Source of the DNA: Oligoflexia bacterium
Lineage (GTDB): Bacteria; Bdellovibrionota_B; Oligoflexia; Oligoflexales; JAGOVF01
DNA: 64,000 nt
Assembly (NCBI GenBank): GCA_030432875.1
Contig: JAUILP010000004.1
Coordinates: 4,548-68,547, forward strand
Direction: 5' to 3'
The notes below the pieces were generated by a model that saw nothing but the letters and a program-made list of their open reading frames with translations, was not told the origin of the DNA and did not search any database. A program made the translations under genes and the position numbers. Every line of letters starts with the position of its first letter. Within the stretch, counting starts at the first letter, position 1. Positions 38,110 to 48,788 of the stretch are shown piece after piece.

Positions 38110-40164
38110 ATGAAAAAATATACAAGTGCCCACTTAAGTTTGCGAATTATGATTTTTGGCATGCTCTCTTTAGGGTTAGACAGCTTCTCTCTGCTCAAAG
38201 GAGGTATAATTGACTTTGGGGATAGTGGCGATAGATTTAAGATCATGGTTCCTACGCTTATGATGACATTTCAAGAGAACCAAGAGATAAGCGGCATCGA
38301 TGCTATGATTCCTGTTTATGCAAGCATTCGCAGTGATGAAGTTGTCGCTTATATACCCCCTCATACCAATGTTTTAGCTCTTGAAACGGTGTCGGGTACC
38401 TTTAGCACCGATACTAGAGAGTGTACTCCGCTTCTTGATGCGGGTATTATAAAAACCAACCGGTTTTTTAAAATTGAAAATAATGCCTCTTCAAAAGATG
38501 GTTTTGTGATTTTTGCCAATCCCAAGTTGAGCATAGATTTAGAGGTTTTTTCTGCACTCTACGTTAGTGAAGCTGATTTAGTGATACCGGCGGAAGCGTA
38601 TGCCTTTTTAAGTAGAAATGAAAGCTGCCGTTATATACTAGAAAATGGTGAGAAAAACTTCACCCGCGATTCTGATATTGTTCCCATCGCTGCCCAGCTC
38701 AGAGTCACACATTTTGGTAATGATATTTATGATAACGAAGTCATAAAAAACTATATTCGGGTATATGCGGATCCGGATTTGCTTTTACCCGCCGGTCTTA
38801 TCGTACCGGAAATTAATTATCTTTTTAGCGCCTACAAAATGCGGCAAACGGGTTTTTCCAATGCGCTTCCGTGTTCGCCGCAGTACCAGAAAGAAAAATT
38901 AAAACTGAGTTATCAGCTGCATTTTTCCGAAAACATAAAAATTCATAACATTGAAGATTCTGGAGAGATGCCCTCAAGCTACTGGATAGATGAAAAATTT
39001 ATCTCCGATGAACTATTTAAAAGAAAACCAACCTGTGATCAAGGTTCACAGGATCCCCTGAGCGAAGCACTTGTTTACAAAAACCTGGATGAAGGGGCGA
39101 GTGTAGAAAATTTTGGTCATTCCTTTGCCAGTGGACTAAATATTAAATACACCGTTCCTATATACCTGGACATCAGGCAAACCGTTGAAATTGGATCCAT
39201 CGCGATTAAGTCTCCCGTTCGCCTCATTAAGGAAAATGATAAGTCCTATGACATAGAAACCTTATCTGGTTCACCGCTAAGCTGTCAGGGGAAAAAAACT
39301 AGCTCGGTTGTGGTGGCGATCACGAGCGATGCGATTTTGCTCAACCCAAAATATAAAAACTTTTCAGGGGACAAATGGATCAATGCTATTTTTTTAAAAC
39401 GCGATAGTCAGGCGCAGGCATGTGGAGGTATTCCAGGTGACGATTTGACTGATATTCCGCCTAGCTATAGTGAGGGAAGGCTGCGTTCTATGGATGGTTT
39501 TTTGGTTCTGCCCGTGCGGTCAACGATTCTTTCAAGTACCAGTACCATGCATTCTCCCGAAAATCCCTACCCATTAAGAAGGGGGCATAGCTTAGCTTGG
39601 GATCTCACGACGCCATTTGGACTCAGTGTCAATGCTGTGGCCGAGGGGGTTATCGATTACATCGGGTGTAACAATGGTGGTTTATATGGGTGTTGGGTAC
39701 TCTATAGAGCAGTGCCGCTGTCTTCGGGTACGTATAAATATAATATTGTCCATGCGCACTTAAGTCCAACATCGTTAAACAAGAACTTAAGGGCGGGCTC
39801 GCGGGTGACCTCAGAAACGGTTTTTGGTACCGTGAGCTGTGCGGGATTGACCAGTTTTGGTCCTCATGTGCATTTTGAGATCAGGTCACCTTCTGGGGAA
39901 CCTTTAAGAGTGGATTCTGTTTTTAATCAGGCTCATATGCTACAGAGGGATTTTTATGATGCCCATGGAAAAGTCTATGCACAATTTGACCCATCAGGGA
40001 CCAAGACTCCTTTGCCCATAGACCTCAATAAGTATGATTTTAATACAGGGCTCTACAAATATTTACAGGCGGATGCGAATGGCTGCAGGCCAAATCTGGA
40101 AATGCTTTCCTGCTTTGCCAATTTGCTTCCCACCGAGAGCTCATTAAAATGTTTCAAATTATAA
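38110..40164 (+). CDS. cassette protein C2: SH3b-like x3 + M23-like domain (paralogue of C1)
   Basis: ATG 38110 in the same RBS context as C1. The C-terminus reads GHSLAWDLTTPFGLSVNAVAEGVIDYIG...IVHAHL...GPHVHFEIRSPSG. Confidence 0.75.
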   Translation: MKKYTSAHLSLRIMIFGMLSLGLDSFSLLKGGIIDFGDSGDRFKIMVPTLMMTFQENQEISGIDAMIPVYASIRSDEVVAYIPPHTNVLALETVSGTFSTDTRECTPLLDAGIIKTNRFFKIENNASSKDGFVIFANPKLSIDLEVFSALYVSEADLVIPAEAYAFLSRNESCRYILENGEKNFTRDSDIVPIAAQLRVTHFGNDIYDNEVIKNYIRVYADPDLLLPAGLIVPEINYLFSAYKMRQTGFSNALPCSPQYQKEKLKLSYQLHFSENIKIHNIEDSGEMPSSYWIDEKFISDELFKRKPTCDQGSQDPLSEALVYKNLDEGASVENFGHSFASGLNIKYTVPIYLDIRQTVEIGSIAIKSPVRLIKENDKSYDIETLSGSPLSCQGKKTSSVVVAITSDAILLNPKYKNFSGDKWINAIFLKRDSQAQACGGIPGDDLTDIPPSYSEGRLRSMDGFLVLPVRSTILSSTSTMHSPENPYPLRRGHSLAWDLTTPFGLSVNAVAEGVIDYIGCNNGGLYGCWVLYRAVPLSSGTYKYNIVHAHLSPTSLNKNLRAGSRVTSETVFGTVSCAGLTSFGPHVHFEIRSPSGEPLRVDSVFNQAHMLQRDFYDAHGKVYAQFDPSGTKTPLPIDLNKYDFNTGLYKYLQADANGCRPNLEMLSCFANLLPTESSLKCFKL

Positions 40165-40181
40165 ATAGATTGGGAGCAGCT

Positions 40182-41150
40182 ATGTCATCGTATCGATTAA
40201 TTATTATTCTGCTAAGTGTTCTCACGGTGCAGGCCTGTACCTCTGGCGAAAATTTGCCCTATGAAATGGCTCAATCAGGAGGGGCCAAACGCATGGCCAA
40301 ATTTAGCTATTATATTCCTTCTAGGGGAGGAACAAACGTCTCGGGCGATCCTACTACAACGGCAAGTGGTGAGAAAGTTAGGGACTGGTACTATGGTTAT
40401 AATGGCCAAGACAAAGGAAATGGTGTTGCCTGCGCGCCTATTTTAGGCTTTGGGACCAGGGTGCGGCTGAAAAATTTTGGTGACTTCACCTGCATTGATT
40501 CAGGTTGTGGCATAAGAGATACAGGACGTGCTTTGTGGTTTGATATCTTAGTACAAGACAAGGATCATCACCTTATCACCAATAATGTGAGTTATGGTGA
40601 CGAATCGCCAGATTGGGAGGTTATTGATTGGGTGCCGCATACGGCTGGCTATAAATCAGCTTGGTATAGTTTTTGTAAAAAATATTTGACCGACAATAAT
40701 CTTGCTTACATTATGATGTCTGATGATGAGTTTCGCCGTAGTGTTCCTTTTGGTAGCGGTAGTGGGGGGAGTTCTACTGTTTGGGATGACTCGTCTTTTA
40801 TCCTAGGTGATGAAGAGCCGGATGCCGATGGGTTATTCCGCCGAGATAAAATCAATCTGCCCTTCCTTACTAGTCGTGTGGAAGCAGCACCAGACTGTCT
40901 TGCTCAGGTTAATAATCGGGGCGGCGCAAATCTTTATGGTAGAAGCGAACCTGTCACCACTTCAGAGTTGATTAAGGATCATGAGTTTAAACATAACGAA
41001 GCACTGCAAGTCGTAAGAAAAATTGTCAATGGCGAGGTGGTTACAGAGTCGCAGCGCGAAAGTTCGCTTTGGTACCAAGTTATCGATAAAAATGGCAAAC
41101 TGGTATGGCTCTGGGGGGGGTATGTTACCCAGATTTCGCCTGGCTGCTAG
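40182..41150 (+). CDS. cassette protein D2: 3D-domain + SH3b-like lipoprotein (paralogue of D1)
   Basis: ATG 40182 after GGGAG, lipobox LTVQAC. CIDSGCGIRDTGRALWFDILV is present. The C-terminus reads LWYQVIDKNGKLVWLWGGYV. Confidence 0.75.
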   Translation: MSSYRLIIILLSVLTVQACTSGENLPYEMAQSGGAKRMAKFSYYIPSRGGTNVSGDPTTTASGEKVRDWYYGYNGQDKGNGVACAPILGFGTRVRLKNFGDFTCIDSGCGIRDTGRALWFDILVQDKDHHLITNNVSYGDESPDWEVIDWVPHTAGYKSAWYSFCKKYLTDNNLAYIMMSDDEFRRSVPFGSGSGGSSTVWDDSSFILGDEEPDADGLFRRDKINLPFLTSRVEAAPDCLAQVNNRGGANLYGRSEPVTTSELIKDHEFKHNEALQVVRKIVNGEVVTESQRESSLWYQVIDKNGKLVWLWGGYVTQISPGC

Positions 41151-41435
41151 TACTACTCCATTAAATTGGCGATAGCTGTGTTGCTTGCCCAAGAAAAGTG
41201 CTCATTACCCTAATGTAAACTCCACTTTTCCCCCATCCTCGCGCCTTGTTCTACCCATTTTAACGTAGTAGCACTAAGCAGTGACGCGGATATTAACAAA
41301 ACTGAGAAGTGACGCTATACTGATAAATGAGATTTGTAAGAAAAAAAATCATTAAAAAAAATGTCTTTTAAGTCATGATTGATGACATTGGTGATTTTTT
41401 TGGAAAATTTTTCACAGAATTCATTTGGGTAATTT

Positions 41436-41981
41436 ATGATTTGGTTTCTTCTCGGCATCCTTCCAATCTTTGTATTTGCTATTGCTGATATTTTTCTTGC
41501 CGACAAGCAAGCCATAATCGTTAGTATTGGCGTAGGTTTTATCGTTCTTATCATTACCGCAGCCTTTACGGGATTTGACCCACTACTCCTTATTGATTTT
41601 GGTCTTTTGTTTGGTTTAGGGCTCATAGCTATAAAACTAGAAAATACGCGATTTTTTAAATTGCAGCCCGCTATTTTGAGCTTTTTAATTGGGATTATTT
41701 TACTTTTTTATCAGGTATTTTCTGATGGCTATATGGTACATTTTTTGCCTCTCGTCAAACAGATGCTGACGGAGCAAATGGGAAACGCCGCACATCTTGA
41801 CTGGGACTATTTAAAAAATAGCATGATTCAAGTGGAAAAAATTATTATACCCGTGTGTTTTCTCCATGGGGCGATCATGCTTTGGGCGGCAAAAAAATCA
41901 AATAAAAAATGGATACTTGGAAAATTGTCTTTTATTCCGCTTTGTTTTATTGCGGTGCTCGCTGTATTTATGTTTGGGTAG
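41436..41981 (+). CDS. small polytopic inner-membrane protein (possibly YciB/septation-protein-A-like)
   Basis: 181 aa with about 5 hydrophobic helices. The size and N-terminal pattern loosely resemble YciB/IspZ. Functional assignment is weak. Confidence 0.5.
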   Translation: MIWFLLGILPIFVFAIADIFLADKQAIIVSIGVGFIVLIITAAFTGFDPLLLIDFGLLFGLGLIAIKLENTRFFKLQPAILSFLIGIILLFYQVFSDGYMVHFLPLVKQMLTEQMGNAAHLDWDYLKNSMIQVEKIIIPVCFLHGAIMLWAAKKSNKKWILGKLSFIPLCFIAVLAVFMFG

Positions 41982-42012
41982 ATTTAAATAATTTTTGGAA
42001 ACTTAATAGGGC

Positions 42013-42744
42013 TCAAGCTGTCACGCCACCATCAAGGTTATAAGCCTGCCCGGTAATGCCGCGAGCTTGAACGCTCATTAGGAATGCTGCCAAATAAGCA
42101 ACTTCTTCCGGTTTTATCTTGCGCTTTAGGGGAACGGCAGCAAGGAGCTGATTCCACGACATACCCAGTTCTTTTTGCCGTTTATCCGCCATTTTGGTAT
42201 CCACCCAGCCAGGACAAATAGCATTTACGGTGATGCTTCTCGGTGCTAAATATTTGGCGAGGGCACGGGTAAATCCTAGGGTCCCATGTTTTGCCGTGGT
42301 GTATGCTGTTTGATCGGCAGCGCCAAAATGAGAAAGAACCGAGGCGATATTGACGATACTTCCGCCATTTTTTGCAAAAAGAGAAAGGGCGTATTTGCTC
42401 ATGTAGTAGGTGCCATGGACATTCGTGGCGATGATGTCTTCCCATGTGCTATCATCATCCTCTAAACTTAAGCTATTGGCACCGGCGACGCCCGCATTGT
42501 TGATGAGACCAAATAAAGTTATTTTTTTCTTATTAAGTTCACGAATGGTAGCGATTACTTGAGGTTTTTGTGCTATATCGCAGTTTATGTAAGTGAGGCG
42601 GGGGTGTTTGGCTTGTTTTTTTATGGGCAAGGGAGTTCGGGTAACAGCGATAACCTTATAGTTTAGCGTCAGGAAATGCTGCGTTAAAGCAAGGCCAACC
42701 CCACCAGCGGCACCCGTTATCATAACCGTTAACATTCGCGACAT
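42013..42744 (-). CDS. short-chain dehydrogenase/reductase (FabG-like)
   Basis: TGAAGGVG cofactor motif, NNAG, catalytic S...YxxxK (YTTAKHG), and PGWVDT. Confidence 0.9.
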   Translation of the reverse strand: MSRMLTVMITGAAGGVGLALTQHFLTLNYKVIAVTRTPLPIKKQAKHPRLTYINCDIAQKPQVIATIRELNKKKITLFGLINNAGVAGANSLSLEDDDSTWEDIIATNVHGTYYMSKYALSLFAKNGGSIVNIASVLSHFGAADQTAYTTAKHGTLGFTRALAKYLAPRSITVNAICPGWVDTKMADKRQKELGMSWNQLLAAVPLKRKIKPEEVAYLAAFLMSVQARGITGQAYNLDGGVTA

Positions 42745-42884
42745 AAATAAAAAACCTTCTTAAAAAATGCTCAGGATCAAGGAAGTAAAAATCATCTCGT
42801 TATGATATCCTAATTAGGGAAGATTTTGTATATTTCGCTGGAATGTGCTGGCTTAATAATAGTAAAGGATCACTTTATTCATCT

Positions 42885-43385
42885 ATGAATACCGCATTTC
42901 ATCTCTTTTCCTTAATAGCCTTCTCAGGACTTTTACTTTACGTTCTGAAACTAAATCGTCAAATCGCGTCGTTTAAAATGATGCTTGGCTCTTTACAAGA
43001 TCACAACAAAAAAAATAAAACGGCAAAAATTCGGGTTGATTTTCCTGCTGACGCTATGCGGCGAGTGGCTGAAGCTCTAGAGATAAACCTATCTGGCGAA
43101 GAAAAATTAAAAAATCTTCCCCCCATGAAAATCAATTATGGAGCGTTTCTTTCATTGGCAAGTCAGGCTCCCTTGACAGAGTTTCTGATAACCTTTGATA
43201 CATCTAATAAAATGGAGACAAATGACGCGTCAAAAAACAGAAATATTTCTATTACCCTAACCTTTGACGGATGCGTTCCAGATGAGTGCCGTAACGTGCT
43301 CGACAGGCTGATTAACACAGACTTGCCCTTTCGGCATGAAAGTGTAAACTTCAAACTTGCCTACAAAAAGGAGTCAAATCAATAA
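42885..43385 (+). CDS. hypothetical membrane-anchored protein
   Basis: ORF 42843-43385 with an N-terminal TM helix (FHLFSLIAFSGLLLYVL). The start is uncertain (42843 or 42885). The stop overlaps the next start (TAATG). Confidence 0.5.
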   Translation: MNTAFHLFSLIAFSGLLLYVLKLNRQIASFKMMLGSLQDHNKKNKTAKIRVDFPADAMRRVAEALEINLSGEEKLKNLPPMKINYGAFLSLASQAPLTEFLITFDTSNKMETNDASKNRNISITLTFDGCVPDECRNVLDRLINTDLPFRHESVNFKLAYKKESNQ

Positions 43386-44401
43386 TGGCTGCAATCAAAA
43401 AAATGATTCTACTGCTCTCGATTTTTTCCCTGCCATCAGCATGTGTCCATATGTTTGCGACGGACAAAGAAGAAGCCCCACAAATTAAGGCCGATATGCC
43501 CACCGAAGAGCTATATCATGCGGCGATCAAATTTGGTGGCCAAACAGTAGCCCAGGTAGCTGAAGTTTATAGTTACCGAAAAGAATGGAGCCAGGCGCAA
43601 AAATATATAGCTCTTCAAGTCAATTTAAATCTTTTAGTTTACTCTGATTTTGAGCTTGTCAATGCGCTCAGGCTTTACAACGAAAATTCCTATCAAATAA
43701 TGGACATAAATGTGGAGCTATTTAAGCGGCTCGTGCGCTCCAGCAGAGAAATCGCCCGAAGGCTTGGTTGGAATCTCGCTTATTTAAGGCCTGATCCCCA
43801 GTACACAAAAGTCATTGACCGTTTTTTTTCTGATGCTCTCTTGCAACCAAGGCTCAAGATTTTGTATTACCCCGAAATGGCAAAAGCCATTGAAAAAAAT
43901 AATGTCTCCAGTGCCTATACTATTATGCGGGACGCCTTAATGACTGACGGAGAGCCAGAATATGCTCGCGCTATGGCGCGTTTAAGGCCAAAGCAAGCAT
44001 CCAAGGATTTTTTGGATTACTTAGCACTAGCGGCATTTGAGGAACTCAGGCAAATCAATTTTGCCTCTGTCGACAACACCACCTGCGAATTTATTTTAAA
44101 CCATTTTTTAACGGTTAGGCCCAACCTAAGTCATCCCAATGCTTCGCATTTGTTCTTTTATGCGGTCTCCCGCAATCGTCAAATTGCTGACCTAGCCGAT
44201 AGTGTCATCTTGAGCTACTTAAATGATGAAGGAGATCTCATTATTAGGCTTTTGATACAGTCCCCCGAGATGGTGCAGCTTGCCTATATTGAAAGCGCCC
44301 GTGAAAAACAAAATACGCTAAGTCAGGCATTTCTCAGGGGCCTGCAAAAAATGGCCAGCAGTCCTGATGTATTAGATGAACTCGAAAGTGTCGTTTTTTA
44401 A
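43385..44401 (+). CDS. hypothetical exported (lipo)protein, helical
   Basis: 338 aa with signal LLLSIFSLPSAC. RBS AAGGAG is upstream. It is translationally coupled to the previous ORF. No family recognised. Confidence 0.6.
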   Translation: MAAIKKMILLLSIFSLPSACVHMFATDKEEAPQIKADMPTEELYHAAIKFGGQTVAQVAEVYSYRKEWSQAQKYIALQVNLNLLVYSDFELVNALRLYNENSYQIMDINVELFKRLVRSSREIARRLGWNLAYLRPDPQYTKVIDRFFSDALLQPRLKILYYPEMAKAIEKNNVSSAYTIMRDALMTDGEPEYARAMARLRPKQASKDFLDYLALAAFEELRQINFASVDNTTCEFILNHFLTVRPNLSHPNASHLFFYAVSRNRQIADLADSVILSYLNDEGDLIIRLLIQSPEMVQLAYIESAREKQNTLSQAFLRGLQKMASSPDVLDELESVVF

Positions 44402-44407
44402 AAAAAA

Positions 44408-45463
44408 TTAGGAATCGGTGGCATCGGGTTTTGAAGCCGCAAGCAGTTGATTTATTTTCTTTTCTAAGTTATCTAATCGTTTTAGAGCATCCGGAAGTTT
44501 TTTTGTCGCGGCGACTTGGCGAAACCAGGTTTTTGCGGTGATAGCAGGCATGCCTAGGTACTGCCCTGGCTCGTCAGTACTTTCAATCATACCGCAGCGC
44601 GCCCCCAGTACTACATTATCGCCAAGAACGATGCCAGGGGCAACACCAGCCTGGCCCGCCAAAATAACACCTTTGCCCAGCGTGCTGCTTCCGGCGATAC
44701 CAGACTGGGCGCAGAGCATATTGTTCTCTCCGACCGTGACATTATGAGCTACATGGACATGCGAATCTAGTTTGCTGCCCTGTTTTATGCGCGTCGTATC
44801 AAAGGTGGCGCGGTCTATAGAGCATAACGCTCCCACCTCGACATCATTTTCTATAGTAACACTTCCCACTTGCGGGATTTTAGCGATACCATCCGTTCCA
44901 GGAGCAAATCCAAAGCCGTCAGCTCCGAGAACACTATTTGCATGAATGATGCACTGCTCACCAACCTCAGTGCCATCCATTAGACAGGCTCCTGGGAAAA
45001 CTACAGAATTGCAGCCAATACGAACTTTATGTCCCAAATAAACTTGGGGATAAATAACAGCACCAGCACTGATAACACACCCCGGTGAAACATAGGCAAA
45101 AGGGAAAACGGTGGCCTCCGGTGAGACTTCTGCCTCGGGGTGAATAAATGCCAAATCACTGTGCCCCTTATGGTGATGGGTATAGGAAAAAAAATGACTC
45201 GAAATTTTTGCCATCGCCCAGTAGGGGTTTGCGTGAATAAGTTGTGGTCCGTTAAATTCAACCATAGGCTGAGCAGTTATAAGCGCAAGAGCTTTAGACT
45301 TGTCTAAATATGAGCGCCAAGAGGGATTGGTTAAAAAAGTGATCTCAGTCTCGGTTGCTTTATCAAGAGAAGCGACCCCGCTAATACTTTTAGCTAGATC
45401 CTTTTCCCTGTCGCTACTGTGCAATTTGGCGCTGATAAGTGTTATGATTTCTTTGAGTTGCAT
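44408..45463 (-). CDS. lpxD: UDP-3-O-acylglucosamine N-acyltransferase
   Basis: Typical LpxD N-terminus (LKEIITLI...ISGVASLDKATETEITFLTNP) followed by long left-handed beta-helix hexapeptide repeats. Length is 351 aa. Confidence 0.9.
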   Translation of the reverse strand: MQLKEIITLISAKLHSSDREKDLAKSISGVASLDKATETEITFLTNPSWRSYLDKSKALALITAQPMVEFNGPQLIHANPYWAMAKISSHFFSYTHHHKGHSDLAFIHPEAEVSPEATVFPFAYVSPGCVISAGAVIYPQVYLGHKVRIGCNSVVFPGACLMDGTEVGEQCIIHANSVLGADGFGFAPGTDGIAKIPQVGSVTIENDVEVGALCSIDRATFDTTRIKQGSKLDSHVHVAHNVTVGENNMLCAQSGIAGSSTLGKGVILAGQAGVAPGIVLGDNVVLGARCGMIESTDEPGQYLGMPAITAKTWFRQVAATKKLPDALKRLDNLEKKINQLLAASKPDATDS

Positions 45464-45540
45464 ACGCGCTCCCGGGAATAATTGAGAAAGTTAATAAAAT
45501 TAAAGAATAGATGCTCATAATGCTATAAAGCCAGGCAATT

Positions 45541-45560
45541 TTTAAGAGAATTCTCTTAAA
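45541..45560. promoter_or_regulatory. 20-bp perfect palindrome in the lpxD/topA divergent intergenic region
   Basis: TTTAAGAGAA|TTCTCTTAAA is perfectly self-complementary. It lies 78 nt upstream of the lpxD start. Confidence 0.35.
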
Positions 45561-45910
45561 AAAATAACTTTGGGATATATCTCTCCACCTTGCCCTCTAG
45601 AAAGGGTCCCCTGTCAGGGGATCTTCCCCCTCGGTCAAATTTTTTTTTTTGTATTTTTATTTTGAAATTACAGTATCTTGAGTGATATTTGTCAACATGC
45701 TGACAATATTAATGATTTGCAATTTTTCCATTTTTTTTTAAATCTGAGTAAGTTTATATTAATTAGGGCTTCGCTATAATATGCTATTAAGGCGAGGCAA
45801 GTTTGCTTTTCTATACGCGGCTTGTTTTAGGGAAAGCTCTGGTTCATAATTGATGCATAAAAAAAATACGCTAGTTTTCATAAGAATAAAGAAAGATTGG
45901 TAAAGTCAAC

Positions 45911-48529
45911 ATGTCAAAATCACTTGTTATTGTAGAATCTCCGGCGAAAGCAAAGACGATTAATAAATACCTTGGAAAAGAATTTATCGTTAAATCTAGC
46001 GTGGGCCATATAAGAGACCTACCCACGAGCGCTAGCGATGCCGAAGATTTGGGCGAAAAAGCAAAATCCAAAAGCGATAAAAGCAAATCCAAGTCGGGCG
46101 ATGCTAAAAAAACCAAAGCGGATGCTCTTTTTCGCAAAATGGCTGTTGATCCCACAAATGGTTGGAAGGCTCATTATGTTATCCTACCGGGTAAAGAAAA
46201 AATTCTAAAAGAACTTCGTGAGTTAGCGACAAAGTCCGATCGGGTTTATCTCGCAACGGACTTGGACCGCGAAGGAGAAGCTATCGCATGGCATTTGCAA
46301 GAAGCCATTGGTGGTGACCCTAAAAAATTTCAGCGTGTCACCTTCGCTGAAATCACGGAAAAAGCTATCAAATCGGCTTTCGCACGCCCGGGCACCTTAA
46401 ATATGAATAGAGTCAATGCTCAGCAGGCCCGCCGTTTTTTAGACCGCGTTGTCGGATTTATGTTAAGCCCCCTCCTGTGGAAAAAAATTGCCCGTGGTCT
46501 GTCTGCAGGACGAGTCCAGTCGGTAGCTTTGCGCATGGTTGAAGAACGCGAGAATGAGATTCGTAGCTTTAAGACTGAAGAATATTGGCAAATATTTGCG
46601 AATCTAGCTAAAGGCGGCAAAAATGGCGCTAAATTTTCTGCAGAGCTTGTAAAAATAGGCAATGAGACGGCCAAAATTGGTGATGGCAGCATGGCCAAAA
46701 AAATAACCGATGACTTAGAAAACGCAGAATTTATTGTCCGCGAACAAATCCAAAAACCGACCACGGCAAAGCCGTCCGCTCCTTTTATTACCTCGACTTT
46801 GCAGCAGGCCGGTAGTGTGCGCCTGGGTTTTGGGGTTAAAAAAACAATGATGCTCGCGCAGCGCCTCTATGAGTCTGGCTATATAACCTATATGCGTACT
46901 GACTCAACCTTTTTAGGTGAAGATGCGGTGAATAATGTCCGAAGTTTTATTAAAGATCAATATGGGGACAAATATCTCCCAGAGCAAAAAAACACCTATG
47001 CCTCAAAAGAAAAAGCCCAGGAAGCCCATGAGGCCATTAGACCGTCTGATGTTCTGGTTTCCGCTCAGCAGCTAAGCGATGTGGATCCTGATGCGGTGCG
47101 TTTATATGATCTTATTTGGCGTCAGTTTGTCGCCTGCCAAATGACTCCTGCGCAGTATGATACGTCAACCATAAATATTCAAAATGGCAATTATCTGCTT
47201 CGTGCTAAGGGGCGTATAATGCGCTTTGATGGATGGCTAAAGGTTATTCCGGCCCTCAATAAGAAAAATGAAGAAGATATTTTGCTTCCTGAATGTTCTG
47301 TCTCTGATCGTTTAGACTTGGTCAACCTTAATGCCGAACAAAAATTCACCAAACCTTCGCCGCGGTTTACAGAAGCGAGTCTCGTAAAAGGGTTAGAAGC
47401 GCGCGGTATTGGGAGACCATCTACTTATGCCACTATCATCAGTACTATTCAGGACCGTGGTTACGTTAAAGTGGAGAAAAAACGGTTTTTCCTCCAAAAA
47501 ATGGGAGAGATCGTTTCTTTGCGCCTAAAGGAAAATTTTCCGGAACTCATGGGCTATGATTTTACAGCAAATTTAGAAGATAATTTAGATGAAATTGCGC
47601 TTGGTCATGCGGATTGGGCCAATATTCTTGATAAATTTTATGAAAAATTTAATGAAGACGTTCTTTCAGCAGAAGAAGGCATGCGTCCCAATGATCCGAC
47701 AGAAATTTCGTATCCCTGCCCTAAATGCGGGCGCAATATGGCTATTCGTACGGCCAAAACTGGGGTATTTCTGAGTTGCACCGGTTATGGTCTAGCCAAA
47801 GATGAGCGATGCAAGGAAACCGTCAACTTACAACCTGGTGAAGAAGTCGTTTCGATTAGTCAAGACGATGAAGAGGGGGACGTTGAGGAAATTCGTTCCA
47901 AACTCCGTTGTGAAAAATGTGATAGCTTAATGGATAGCTATTTGATCGATGAGACCAAGAAACTCCACGTTTGTGGGCGCAGTCCTGATTGTAACGGCTA
48001 CAAAATTGAAGAAGGTCAGTTCAAAATCAAAGGTTATGATGGTCCTGTCATTGAATGCGATATTTGTCATGCTGAAATGCAGCTAAGAACAGGTCGCTTT
48101 GGTAAATATTTTGCGTGTGTCAAATATCCCGAGTGCAAAAATACCCGCAAATTGCTACGTAACGGAGAGGCGGCACCTCCAAAAGTAGAGCCAGTGCATA
48201 TGCCAGAACTCGGCTGCGAAAAATCAGACGGGTATTTTGTTTTACGCGACGGTGCTGCGGGACTCTTTTTGGCCTCAAGCAAGTTTCCCAAATCCAGAGA
48301 AACGCGGGTTCCAAGTGTCGAAGATTTTGTCCGCCATAAGGATGAAATTCCTGAAAAATATAAATTCATCGCCCTAGGACCAACAGAAGATGACAAAGGC
48401 CGTAAAGCTGTGGTGCGGTTTAAACGTAAAGAAAAAGAGCATTATCTCCGTACGGAAGAGAATGGAAAACCGACAGGTTGGACCGCTCATTGGGATGGTC
48501 AGCGCTGGGAAGTATCACAAAGCAAATAG
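45911..48529 (+). CDS. topA: DNA topoisomerase I
   Basis: TOPRIM N-terminus [18 protein letters not shown], active-site region YITYMRTDS, and multiple C-terminal CxxC zinc-ribbon modules. An unusual Lys/Ser-rich insertion lies near residue 40-70. Confidence 0.97.
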   Translation: MSKSLVIVESPAKAKTINKYLGKEFIVKSSVGHIRDLPTSASDAEDLGEKAKSKSDKSKSKSGDAKKTKADALFRKMAVDPTNGWKAHYVILPGKEKILKELRELATKSDRVYLATDLDREGEAIAWHLQEAIGGDPKKFQRVTFAEITEKAIKSAFARPGTLNMNRVNAQQARRFLDRVVGFMLSPLLWKKIARGLSAGRVQSVALRMVEERENEIRSFKTEEYWQIFANLAKGGKNGAKFSAELVKIGNETAKIGDGSMAKKITDDLENAEFIVREQIQKPTTAKPSAPFITSTLQQAGSVRLGFGVKKTMMLAQRLYESGYITYMRTDSTFLGEDAVNNVRSFIKDQYGDKYLPEQKNTYASKEKAQEAHEAIRPSDVLVSAQQLSDVDPDAVRLYDLIWRQFVACQMTPAQYDTSTINIQNGNYLLRAKGRIMRFDGWLKVIPALNKKNEEDILLPECSVSDRLDLVNLNAEQKFTKPSPRFTEASLVKGLEARGIGRPSTYATIISTIQDRGYVKVEKKRFFLQKMGEIVSLRLKENFPELMGYDFTANLEDNLDEIALGHADWANILDKFYEKFNEDVLSAEEGMRPNDPTEISYPCPKCGRNMAIRTAKTGVFLSCTGYGLAKDERCKETVNLQPGEEVVSISQDDEEGDVEEIRSKLRCEKCDSLMDSYLIDETKKLHVCGRSPDCNGYKIEEGQFKIKGYDGPVIECDICHAEMQLRTGRFGKYFACVKYPECKNTRKLLRNGEAAPPKVEPVHMPELGCEKSDGYFVLRDGAAGLFLASSKFPKSRETRVPSVEDFVRHKDEIPEKYKFIALGPTEDDKGRKAVVRFKRKEKEHYLRTEENGKPTGWTAHWDGQRWEVSQSK

Positions 48530-48788
48530 GGGCAGGTGGAAATTTGGCTTTAAAATGAGCCTGCATCTTATATTCCAATTAAATCAAACAGATAAAATCA
48601 ATTATTGGTTTTGATAGATATCTTACTAAAAATATTCCTACTTTTTTTGGTGACAAGTCTTTGTAATGTCAACTTGTTATCAATCCTACCCCTGCTAGAG
48701 ATAATGATTGCTTAACATTATTAAAAGTGATACTTGGTGTGCGATAAGGTTTAGATTACGCTATCTATAATTTATAAGGATCCCAATT

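Larger units (their letters stand above)
34285..41150 (+). repeat. copy 2 of the ~6.9-kb four-gene unit (A2-B2-C2-D2)
   Basis: Collinear similarity to 25441-32352. Similarity begins at the RBS of A and ends at the stop of D. Confidence 0.95.
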
